A stretch of DNA of 64,000 bases from Octopus bimaculoides (Eukaryota): positions 1,454,283-1,518,282 of the forward strand of contig NC_068991.1 in NCBI RefSeq assembly GCF_001194135.2, written 5' to 3'. Of this stretch, positions 24,966-36,838 are shown piece after piece. Numbering within the stretch: position 1 is the first letter of the stretch; the number at the start of each line of letters is the position of its first letter. Under the pieces are notes generated by a model. The model had not been told where the DNA came from. It ran no database searches and saw only the letters and a program-made list of their open reading frames with translations. A program made the translations under genes and the position numbers.

Positions 24966-26902
24966 GAGTTTGTGTATGTGTGCTAGTGAGTGTGTCTGAT
25001 ACTTTTTGCGTAAATCAACGATATATACACCGCCCAATTATTTGCAGTTATCATGCATCCTTATTAATATGAATAGTATTAAAAATAATTCTCCCCTCTC
25101 GCTCTCTTCCCCCTCTCCCTCTCACCATGTATTTTCTGTGGTTGATAAGAAAAGAACCCCGTGGCTAACAGCAAGTGTTACAGGAATTCAGAAGTCTTCT
25201 TACACTATGAGTGCAACAGAAATATTTTTCATACAAATTACTTTACCAGATTTGTACTGGAAATGTATAAAGTTTCTGTGGTATATCCACTCACTTACGT
25301 TTCCGTGGTTCTCAACAATGACCTTGCCAAAAGCTTAAGTGGCCTTCAAAGCACAAAGAAAACAAGGAACTCCAAATTAGTAACCAAAGCCACAGAAAAT
25401 CGAATTGTGGCTTAATAGACATCATGCTCGAAAATATGGTGCAAGCGTAGAAAGAGAATGTTGTTGGCTACACAATAACTCTAACACAAATAATTTCGTA
25501 ATTCTACTGAATTATGCAGTAGCTATTCGTGTTCGTTCATTCAAAATTTAATGCATGATTGCAATAAATAATTTTATAGATTCTCGAAAAAGCGAGTAAA
25601 ATGGTAGAAATTTAATTTATGTGATTCGATTGACACGTGTGCGGTGGTACTGCACAGCCAGTTTTATATATAGCCATCGAGGGAGCGTCTGCGTAGTTGT
25701 CTAATGTGTTAGAAATAGTAGTCAGTTTTCCCTCAGACGACGCCATGGCACTTCAAAACATGTTCCCAATATGCCCGAAGGAAAAAAAAAACTGATGACC
25801 ATGGTCACGGCTGGAACATCTTCGACCATAGATCTGCTGAATCGAAGCAGATATTAATAACAGCAACAACTATAACAAACACCAGCGACAGTAACTACAA
25901 AAACAACAGCAACAACAAAATGGACGCCTAATCAAAATTCGTCATATTGTCCCGCTGGTTTACATTCATATGAAAGATTGCTTTTTGTAGTCCACGAAAA
26001 TATCGTTATTGCAACCAGTGATACTAGTATTACTGAACTTACAATAAGCCAAGCGACCCCATTGTTATGTTTCCCAACATAACGGCTTTAACTCATTTTC
26101 CCTTTACAATCACTGAGGGCCAGTTTTTAGTGCCACAGTTTCAGCTGTGACCTTATTCAACAGTAACATTACCATCACATCAACAACATGCCAACACAAA
26201 GCTCAACCAATCAGAGACATTTCTGTCATACTGTAGAAAAGACTCCTATATAACAGCACATTGAACTTCTCACTCACAATCTCTTTCTTTCTCTCCCCTC
26301 TTTCTTCCTCTCTTTCTCTCTGTAAGTAACAATTCTGATAACAAAAATAGAACAGACACACTTTAAGTTGGTTTCTTTGTTCTGGGGCAGTATCTGTGAC
26401 CTCTATAAAAATAACAACCACTTGAATAAAAATACATTAAATGTTTAAATTGCATATATTTTTGTGTAAAATCTACATCTGCGTATGTTTAATTATTATT
26501 ATTTTTCGTCATTTCAGATATATTTTATTGCTAAATATTCCAAGCGGATACCAAAACGTTGCTCACATTTTCTGTTTTTGATGAAGATATCTCCATCGGT
26601 TGGTATATTCTATATCTCTAACAAACGGAACTTCATAGGGAAGCCATAAAATGAAAAATAGCAACATATGTCGCGATATTTCTGAAAGTAAATCTTTGAA
26701 TTGTCATTTATTCTTCTGATGCAGAACATTGAAGTTAATCTACAAATATTTGCCAAATTCCTCACATCAATTGGTGATGATTTACTTATTATTTATAGAT
26801 GAATTTCTTGAAGTCAGAATCTCAGATGGATTCACACAGAATGCCAAGATTTCAGAATAATCACTACAAAGAGATGTCTTTAAAAATCCTGTAAAAGGAA
26901 AC

Positions 26903-26916
26903 GTTGTCATGGAAAC
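26903..26916. promoter_or_regulatory. Candidate RFX X-box about 510 bp upstream of the GPCR ATG
   Basis: GTTGTCATGGAAAC fits the relaxed X-box consensus RTHNYYWTRRNRAC and differs from GTTGCCATGGCAAC at 2 of 14 positions. Confidence 0.3.
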
Positions 26917-27426
26917 CCGATATTATTCGTTATAATTCTTTCGTAAAATCAATAACCTTCACTATAACATCCCGTATCTTTGAAAAGAATGATTGTTATG
27001 ATTTATAATACTAATATTAGCAGCAGCAACAGCAACAACAAATATTAATAGTATATCAATGGCATAAGTGAAGGAGAAACTCTTTGCGGATTCATTCAAC
27101 AGCGGAAAGAAAGATAGGTCGTCAGAGAAAAGAAATTAGGGCGAAAATAAAAGGCAAAAAGAGAGAAAACGACAAGAATACTAACGAAAATAGCAACAAA
27201 GATCATAACAATAGCACCAATAATAGCAACAGTAATAAATGTTTTACACACAAAAACAAAAATAATAGCAATATTTAAAAAATATAGTTCACCCCAAAAA
27301 ATAAGAAAACGAAAAAAATTTAAAAAAGAATTACTACGAGGATTAAAAGACGTGTGTACACGCGCGCGCGCACACACACACCTATGCATATATAAATCTA
27401 TCTGCAACTGAAGACAAAGAATAAAT

Positions 27427-27832
27427 ATGGAGAATCTATTAAATTTAACTTCATTCCTAGAAGAGGGAAATGATATGAACAGTGTCACCGAAGACGGCAG
27501 ATTCGAATTCGACGACGGAAATGTTACAAGTATACCGGAAGTTGTTCGAGATGGCAACTTTTCTCGGAGGCTGGTCATAGACATTGGCATTGAATTAAGA
27601 ATAACATTCCATGCGCTCATTTTTATATTAGCTGTGACCGGAAACTCATTGGTTATTACAGTTTTAGCAAAGAACAAAAGGATGAGAACCGTTACCAATG
27701 TATTTCTATTGAATTTGGCTATAAGCGACCTTCTATTAGCCGTATTCTGCATACCGTTCACTTTGATTCCAGTTATCTTGAAGAACTTCATCTTCGGTCC
27801 CGTTATGTGTGTATTGGTTCGTTATTTACAAG
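27427..27832 (+). CDS. CCKAR: First coding exon (N-terminus to start of TM3) of a cholecystokinin/gastrin/sulfakinin receptor-like class A GPCR; partial gene
   Basis: Translation contains TM1 ...LIFILAVTGNSLVITVL, ICL1 NKRMRTVTNVFLLNLAISDLLLAVFCIPFTLIP, ECL1 KNFIFG and the TM3 Cys. This closely resembles CCK receptors (RMRTVTNIFLLSLAVSDL..FC.PF.LIP..LKDFIFG). Three N-terminal sequons (NLT, NVT, NFS). The exon is 406 nt (135 codons + 1), followed by CAAG|GTAAGA. The track ORF past 27832 is intron read-through. The symbol denotes the family (CCKAR-like), not proven orthology. Confidence 0.9.
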
Positions 27833-27838
27833 GTAAGA
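27833..27838 (+). other. 5' splice donor GTAAGA, phase 1, start of a very long intron
   Basis: AG|GTAAGA is a consensus donor. GPCR similarity stops exactly here (RYLQ-G). Confidence 0.9.
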
Positions 27839-30800
27839 ATTTTGAAAATCTTTTTCCACAGACATCAAACCGCTTCATCAAAGTCTATATTTACAATAGA
27901 AAATGTATTCTATTCCAGTTCCGTTCAGCTTTAGGATGTATGTTTTATAATATGCATATCTGTACGAGATTTCGACTTGTTGTTCCCCAAACATAAACAA
28001 GTGCTGTCTTTTATATGCATAATCTTCTACGCAACATTCAAACTGGACGAGTTTCATCTATAAACCAGGTTTGCTAGTTATAACCAGTTGTTACTTTTTG
28101 TTAACTAGTTGTTATTTTTAACTGCGAACAAAAACATCCAATTTCGAATCCTGCCTGGAAACATGTACACATCGGGAAAATGACGCCTAATGATGATTGG
28201 AATAATGAACCAATCGAAGCATAAGTATGTATGTATGTATGTATGTATGCCATTATTCAGTGTCTATTTCAAGATATTTTGCCAACAGAGGATGAACCGA
28301 TTTCCAACCTAGATCCAAGGTTCCTTCATTGGAATTACAACATCAACAACGGGGTATTTTTGTTTGTATTTATGTATGTCTGTGCCGATTTTTTATATTT
28401 TGTTTTATATAATCTGGATAGAGTAACAGCAGATTTCTCAATAGTTCAACATAGATGTTCTCTTCAGCTTTATGTTAATATCCACTGGGCAGATAATTTC
28501 CACAACTGTGCACATTTTCTTTTCTCCATCCCAAATCATTATATCAGGTTTGTTGCTTACATTTCATTGAGGTCTTCACTGGGACATTCCACCACTATTC
28601 TTTCTTAAGTGACTATGCCTTCTGCCATATTGTGGGTCCTTATTTCTTTGTCCTCGGGTTTATACTTTCGACAGATTTCATTATAGTGTCCTAGCTACAA
28701 CATCATGTCTCATCATTGGTCAAACACTAAAATAACCCCTTCGTCGCTGTTCGACCTGCTGAAAATAGCAACATAACCACTCCTCAAATCACTTCAAATT
28801 GAATAATATAGTCGTATGTACACTGTCTAAAAAATGGGGCGTTCATATTTGGTCTAACTCTGATCATAGGTTTGACTAGAAAATAAGCAACAGCAATAAC
28901 AAAAACAGCAACATATTCCTCGCTGCGGCCATTACTTCAACAATCGTTCTTTAGTCTTGATGTTACAGTTATTTTTCCACAACCACGTACCAACCATAGC
29001 CACAACTGCTTTCACTGTTTAGAATTCAATCAACGAAGACTAGAAAACTGTCTTCATAGAAATTCAGCTAATCTAGTCATTGCCAACACAATATTTCTCC
29101 ATTATATTTTGACTGGCTGCCATCACTGTTCAAAAGATGGTGACGCCAATTGTACTTCTTTTCTAGAGACAAGAAATTGAAATTAAACATTTGTAACTGA
29201 CATCTGACATCAGAGGAATTCTGGGTCATAAATAATTGCTTTTTATTCTGAATTCATTTGCTTCAGTGCCGTTGAAAGTAAATTAACGATGACCCTAGCT
29301 GGGTTTTTTTTCCTTATTTCTCTTTTATTATCAATATTTCGCAATTGTTCTCATAAAAGAAAATGCAAAAAAGCAAGACAAATTATTCTGTCCTGAGGCA
29401 AAATTCTTCGGAAATTTACGAGAAATTATCATTGCTTTATTGTCAGCGAAAATATGACCAACATTGAGTTGTATCTTTAAAATAAAAATTCCAATCAAAC
29501 TTGAAAACACCACTTTCTGTAGAATATTGGTCATGCATTATTAATATTGTTTCAAAGAAAAACGGAATTAGTGATAACATTGTTAATATATTCAAGAAAG
29601 GTGCCGTCATAAAAATGGATAAAATGCTATCTAACTAGTGACGGCAACTCAATGAACACACGTGAGGGTATCAACAACAACACGGAATTAATTTTGTTTA
29701 TTATCCGTGAAAACGACTGACTTTGTACGATTAATTCTCAAAGTAGGTTACCAAAAAGAGTGAACCCACAGTCGATTTTGAGTGATACATCAAACACAAG
29801 CAGTAAGGAATCAACAATTTATCTTAGACTTCTTCGATTAATTATAGAAGGAAATTGCAATGAACAGACGAACAAGGTTAAATATGAAACGTCTCAAATA
29901 AATTATTACTTATGTCAGTTCAATCACCAACCCACCACAGATCTAGGGATCAATATATGACTTGACACAAGATAGGAACTGGGAGGTGGGCTACGGTCCT
30001 GACACTAAAATATTTCTGCAAAAAATACTGCCATGCAGTCACGTTTCCCACAGGTATTAATGTCTATCTATCTCTCTATGTGTGGGTGGGGGAATGCGTA
30101 TACCTATTGATTTTCAATTATATGAGTTTTACCTGAAAGTATATCGAAGGAGGGATATAAATATGTTCTTCCAATTTTTACCTGTTAATAGAGTAACACT
30201 TTTATGCATCTCAACGATTACTTTGCACCGTTGATGAACTGTTTTAATCCAACGTCGAATTGTTTTAACGTCCACTCCGGTATAACAGTATATAAATTAA
30301 CCATTATGGTTATATATATATAATGATTTCCCTAGGGTAGGAAAACGACACACATAAGGGAGATGTTAGCTTTCAATCTACTTATAATTTAGAATTAAGC
30401 TTTAGCTGATTGCAAATAATGTATTACAAATAATGTATCGCAAAATAACATGACTAACATGATCGCAATCGTTAGCTTAGAGCCATCTCTGTTAGAAGCA
30501 ATGCACACAGAGCTCGTTCTCCTGCAACATCTTAGCAACAGATGTAAGCTAATAAATGAGATTATATAAAGCCTGTTCTTTAGTCATCCATTAACTTACA
30601 CACACACATGTATATGTATTCTTTATTTGTGTATTAAGGCTACCATAGGTTGTATATCTTAATATCTTAACAATTTTTCAAGCCCACCACACAGGGGAAT
30701 GGTGTTTGTTTTCATTTTAGATGTTTTAATCCAAAATTTGGTGTTTTAGTTCAAAATAGAGACAAATACAATTTCTCTGAGTGGTCAGATTCAAAAACTG

Positions 30801-33185
30801 TTGACCGTAAGATATTTTCGTAACATGAAACCGATGGCAGCCGCAATACACAAATAAAGATTTTTTTTTTTTTATCCAACAATATGATGTTAGACACTTA
30901 TCCCCTTTGGCCAACATTTACGTGTATATATATATATATAGACCCCGACACATGTCTAAATTCAAGAACTGAACTTTTCGGATCTCGTAGCCACTTTAAC
31001 ACGGCTGTCCGTTCGAACGGACTCTACTGCGATTTTTTAACCCCAAGAGTGCATCTCCTCTAGCTGGTTAACGATGCAGAGCTGTATCCGATAAATTGCG
31101 AGCAGAAGCGAACTCCTGCCATCTCTTGCAGACGAAGTGACCGATATATATTTTAAAGTTCTTTGAGTCGTTTATCCCGGTTTTCAGAATTTGATACAAT
31201 CGTGCATATTCTTCTTGCCACGTTAAACGCTATGTTGATTTTAGAATGCTTTGGAAGAGAATAATAATAGATATTGCTTTAAGCTCCTTAGTTTAAGGGA
31301 GATATCGGTTTCGATGTTAGTATGTCTTTTTATGGTTAAAATGTCCAGAAAAGGTAGCTGTTTGGGACTATTCCATTATAAATTGGATACTGTGGTTTAT
31401 GTTGTTAATTAAGCTTCTTAATTGCATGAGTTGATCAAGATTATGCGACCACAGAATGAAACAATCATCCAGGTAGCGTTTCCAATTGGCAAGTAAATCT
31501 TCTCGTTCCCATCGCAGGCTCATATATATACATACACATGTCTATATGTATATAAATGTCTATATGTATGTGTATAGTATACTTATGCGCGGCTGTATGT
31601 ATGCTAGTAAGACTTCCATTTCTTCTCTCTGTTCTTTATAAATTTCGAACTGTCCCTATTGCTTTCTTCTTCAAAACTAATAGAATGGAGTTTTATCTCA
31701 ACCATTTTACTTCTTTCACAAGTAGTAATTTAATAGAAGCTAGAAATACTTCGGCAGAAATGTGTGGGCAGATATCTTTGCTTAAATTCCTACAAGAGAT
31801 TTGATAGCGAAGATAGCAATTCCATAAGCCAAAGCAATATTTTACTACAGCAAATCTCACACCAATGTCAAACACTTCATGAATTCAGTTAAATTCTTTC
31901 GCTCTTTTTCTGTTAAATTCTCTGTTTATCAGCCAGATAATATACATTACGATTTAGATGCTTCACTTGACGGTGAAATTATTCATGCTAATATGCTTTT
32001 ATTTTCCATACCCCAACGGAACTCTATCCGCAATAAAAGGCGCGGAAGTAGTTAAGGTTAGACAATATAAATTTCGTTATGTACCAAAGGGGAACAAAAG
32101 AAGGAAAGAAAAGCAGTCTTTTCTACTTGCTTCCTGCGTTGGCTTAACACACACCACATAAAGAAGAAGAGGAGAATAGGAAAGAGAGGGGGGGAGAATC
32201 GGAGAAACAAACAAGTACACGCACATGTGTGTATATGTATATACACACACACACACACAAAACTACACACCAATCCACACATGAATATTTGCGCGTTATA
32301 AGCATGTCTATAACAGATATATAAATATAGACATGTGTGCATGTGTGTGGATCTACATATATACGCATGCATGCATGTGAATGTATATATAAATATGTAT
32401 ACACACTATATATATATATAAATGTATTTTTCTCCTCTTCTTGTCTGCTGTCATACATCATGTGTGTACTTAACATTCGCATACTCACATATGTGTATGT
32501 ATGCGTAAATGTATATAGGCAAGTATATATGTATAACAAAGAGAAAGACAGAGAGAGAGAGAGGGGTGGGGAATGAGTTACAAAGGGGTGGGGGAGAGAC
32601 GGAGACAGAGAATCGAGGGGCCAATACGATTTTACTGTATCATATAACAAGCAATGATTTCGATGGTAATTCCGGTAGAGTTGAAAAGGAATATATTATC
32701 AAAGATGAACATAATATTGAAGATAGAAGAGGCTGAATACATGAATATTAAAGCTACTATATCTAACAGGTGAATAGAGAGTCTCTTCAAACGTAGCAAG
32801 ACGCTGAATCAAATATTTACCTGTATATGTTAGGTGTAAGATAAACATTAAATGTATTTCGCCGAAGAATCTGAGAGTAACAGTGTTTGTTTCAACTAGA
32901 GACAAACTTCATGTTGTAATCTATCCATCTGCAGCTTTCTTATCTTTATATACAAAGTATTTCATAGTCTTGAGTAACACAAAGGGTACAAAGGCATGTG
33001 ATAATATTTGCTTCTAAGACACATTGCATGTGTGTGAGTGCGTGCGCGCGCGGGGGTTTCGTGCGCTTTTTTTTTTTATATTATGGAGAATTAGATAGAG
33101 AACAAAGAGGAAGAGATAAGAAGTGAAATACTGTTAAAAATATAGAGAGGAAGAGATAATGAGAGAGAGAGAGAGAGGAAGAGAT

Positions 33186-33227
<42 letters not shown>

Positions 33228-33604
33228 AAGAGAGGAAGAGAGATAAAAGAGAGGAAGAGATAGAGAAATATTCCAACGTTCTTTATATCGATGTAAATAA
33301 ATACACAAATATAGAAAAAAGCAATATGACCCAGAATCAATATCTGATTGGTTTTCATGACCAATTCTAATATTTGTTTGATTTACAGCTCGGATGACTG
33401 GTGTGAATCTATCTATCTATCTATCAACCTGTCCATCTATCTATCTATTTATATCACAAATTACTATATAATATATATACTTTATATACATACATATTTA
33501 CATACAAGCATATATACACTAGCACCCTTCGTCACTTAAGTGGCGATTGAACTTGTTGCCTTTCGGTTGTAAATTGCAAATAACCACATTGATACTTTAT
33601 ATAT

Positions 33605-34021
33605 NNNNNNNNNNNNNNNNNNNNNNNNNNNNNNNNNNNNNNNNNNNNNNNNNNNNNNNNNNNNNNNNNNNNNNNNNNNNNNNNNNNNNNNNNNNNNNNN
33701 NNNNNNNNNNNNNNNNNNNNNNNNNNNNNNNNNNNNNNNNNNNNNNNNNNNNNNNNNNNNNNNNNNNNNNNNNNNNNNNNNNNNNNNNNNNNNNNNNNNN
33801 NNNNNNNNNNNNNNNNNNNNNNNNNNNNNNNNNNNNNNNNNNNNNNNNNNNNNNNNNNNNNNNNNNNNNNNNNNNNNNNNNNNNNNNNNNNNNNNNNNNN
33901 NNNNNNNNNNNNNNNNNNNNNNNNNNNNNNNNNNNNNNNNNNNNNNNNNNNNNNNNNNNNNNNNNNNNNNNNNNNNNNNNNNNNNNNNNNNNNNNNNNNN
34001 NNNNNNNNNNNNNNNNNNNNN
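33605..34021. other. Assembly gap
   Basis: N run. Confidence 0.99.
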
Positions 34022-34300
34022 TGTGTTTATATATATGTACATGTATATATGTATATATATGTGTGTGTGTGTGTGTTTATATATATGTACATGTATATAT
34101 GTATATATATGTGTGTGTGTGTGTTTATATATATGTACATGTATATATGTATATATATGTGTGTGTGTGTGTGTTTATATATATGTACATGTATATATGT
34201 ATATATATGTGTGTGTGTGTGTGTGTTTATATATATGTACATGTATATATGTATATACATGTATCCGTGTGTATGTGTATATATATGTACATGTATATAT
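34022..34300. repeat. ~46-50-bp minisatellite built from GT/AT microsatellites
   Basis: (GT)nTTATATATATGTACATGTATATATGTATATATAT repeated about 5 times next to a gap. Confidence 0.85.
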
Positions 34301-35009
34301 GCATTTATGGATATATATATATATATATATATTAACACCCGACGTAAATGTTGGCAGGTTGATTATTCTCTTGCCTTCTCTGTATACGATTTACATAGTG
34401 TACAGATAAGACAGCGGTTCTGAGAGAGAGAGAGAGAGAGAGAGGGGGGGATGAATTATAGAGGCAGAGTAGGAAGAGGAAAGTGAGCGAAATTTATAAG
34501 GCGCACTGTTTTCCTTTCTCAACATTGTGAAGTGGTTACTGCAGGAATAAGACATGTGTTATGGAAAAATAAATAAAAATAAAAATAAAACACAAATATG
34601 ACTAAAAAAAAATATTTTGAAATGGCCAATTCATTTCAATTTCCTCATTTGTAAATGTTGCGCAAACTCGCAAGAAATGCTTTTTGTTTACATTTTGCAA
34701 TGAGTTATCAATTTGCAAATTACTTCTACATCTTCTGTTGTATTATGTGCATAAAGGTGTGTGCATGTGTGTATGTTTATGTGCGTGTATATGTGCGTTT
34801 ATGTATATATATACAGACCTAAATATAATACACACACACACACACACACACACGTGTACGTATGTATGTATATATGTATGTATATATATATATGCATACG
34901 TACATATATATGTACGTGCATATATATACACGTACATATACATATTTATATATACATATATATATACATACATACACATATATACATATGCACACAGATA
35001 CATACACAC

Positions 35010-35067
<58 letters not shown>

Positions 35068-35374
35068 NNNNNNNNNNNNNNNNNNNNNNNNNNNNNNNNN
35101 NNNNNNNNNNNNNNNNNNNNNNNNNNNNNNNNNNNNNNNNNNNNNNNNNNNNNNNNNNNNNNNNNNNNNNNNNNNNNNNNNNNNNNNNNNNNNNNNNNNN
35201 NNNNNNNNNNNNNNNNNNNNNNNNNNNNNNNNNNNNNNNNNNNNNNNNNNNNNNNNNNNNNNNNNNNNNNNNNNNNNNNNNNNNNNNNNNNNNNNNNNNN
35301 NNNNNNNNNNNNNNNNNNNNNNNNNNNNNNNNNNNNNNNNNNNNNNNNNNNNNNNNNNNNNNNNNNNNNNNNNN
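35068..35374. other. Assembly gap within (TA)n
   Basis: N run. Confidence 0.99.
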
Positions 35375-35422
<48 letters not shown>

Positions 35423-35479
35423 ATGTCATCTTTCCAGATATTACCCATACTCGCAAAAGTATATTGACAAACTGCCCAA

Positions 35480-35700
35480 ACACATAGTTCCAGGGTTCGG
35501 TCTCACTCCTAGGCACGTTGAGCAAGCTCCTGTTACTGTAGCTATGGTTAGACCAGAATGTTGTATGTGAATTTGGTAGACGGGAAATGAACGAAGCCAT
35601 TATGTGTATACATACGGATGTCGATTCATTCGACTAAATCTCTCCGAGGCGGGACCCCGGTACAGCTACAGTCTAATGATTGACAGAAGCAAATGATAAG
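35480..35700 (+). mobile_element. Diverged, internally deleted SINE family A
   Basis: GGGTTCGGTCTCAC...GAATTTGGTAGACGGGAAATG...GTCGATTCATTCGACTAAA. Confidence 0.6.
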
Positions 35701-36607
35701 AGACAATTACTTTGCAGTGACGTTGCATGCACTGTTATGCAAATTAAACTGGTAAGTTCCGTGAGTTTTAGTCTCGACACATTATAAATGGCTATAAGCT
35801 ACTAATACTTTGTTCATAAGAGATAGACTGTTGCGTCTCTGGTGAATAGCAGCTAATTTACATAAATATACATACATACATACATGCAAGCATAGTATTT
35901 TGTTTTTATCGTTATTTTTCTTCGTCTTGTCTCTGATAAACTGCAAATTGTTCCAAATCAAACAGACCTATGATAAAAGCTGTTTCAGCCGCCAGCAACC
36001 CGTTCTTTACACGATTCCGAGGACTAAATTATCAATTTAGCACTTCATTATTTAATATCCTATTCAGTAATTCGAGGGAGGACTGGCTACACTTTCTAGT
36101 TTTGAAATGGGTGCGTTAAGCAAGGCATTTCAGCAGCAGAAATAGAATGCGACGATTATGAGTGCATCGTTTTAGGATCACCGTATTAACTCTATATCGA
36201 GCGCAAGACTGGTATAGCGATAAAGATAAAAGAACAACAGCACCACCAACAACAAAAACAACAAATTGCTTACATCTTCGTAGGACATTATCTTCAGTTC
36301 ATATCTTCTTGTGTTGGAATTGTTTTTGCTTCCAATTTCCGCCACAACAGGAACTTTGAACCATTGATTAAATTATTTGTCTTCAAGTAACTGTCAGAAC
36401 GAATAATAATGTTCTAATATATTGGTTCTGAGTGATGGTGTGTTTTATTTGTTTTACAGAATTTGAATCGGGATTGGTGAACAATGGTTCCATTGTTTAC
36501 AGGCTTCCAATAGGCCAAACATGGGGTCACTTGGTTCGTTGCATGTCACTTTTTTCGCTTATGTTTACAGTCGTCACTGCTAATATCGGTGAACATATAC
36601 GCATATA

Positions 36608-36790
36608 TATATACATATATAAACACACACACACACACATATAAATATGTATATACACATACAAAAAATACATATATAAACACACACACACACACACATA
36701 TAAATATGTATATACACATACAAAAAATACATATATAAACACACACACATATAAATATGTATATACACATACAAAAAATACATATATGTA
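36608..36790. repeat. ~55-60-bp minisatellite, 3 copies
   Basis: ATATAAA(CA)nTATAAATATGTATATACACATACAAAAAATAC three times. Confidence 0.85.
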
Positions 36791-36804
36791 TATATATATA
36801 TATC

Positions 36805-36838
<34 letters not shown>

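Noticed and set aside
27389-27396. TATATAAA as a TATA box
   Set aside because: Only about 30 bp before the ATG, leaving no 5' UTR; TA runs are ubiquitous here.
27096-27791. 231-aa minus-strand ORF
   Set aside because: Antisense shadow of the GPCR exon plus the A-rich leader; no independent motifs.
27833-27996. C-terminal 54 aa of the track ORF 27427-27996
   Set aside because: Read-through past a consensus donor; GPCR similarity ends at the donor.
28440-28470. Other CTGANGA occurrences (e.g. near 28465, 39315, 51810, 52350, 63490)
   Set aside because: Checked for GAAA, stem III and NUH; all lack required hammerhead elements.
33536-35600. Long ORFs (168-285 aa)
   Set aside because: Made of N runs and (TA)/(GT) repeats.
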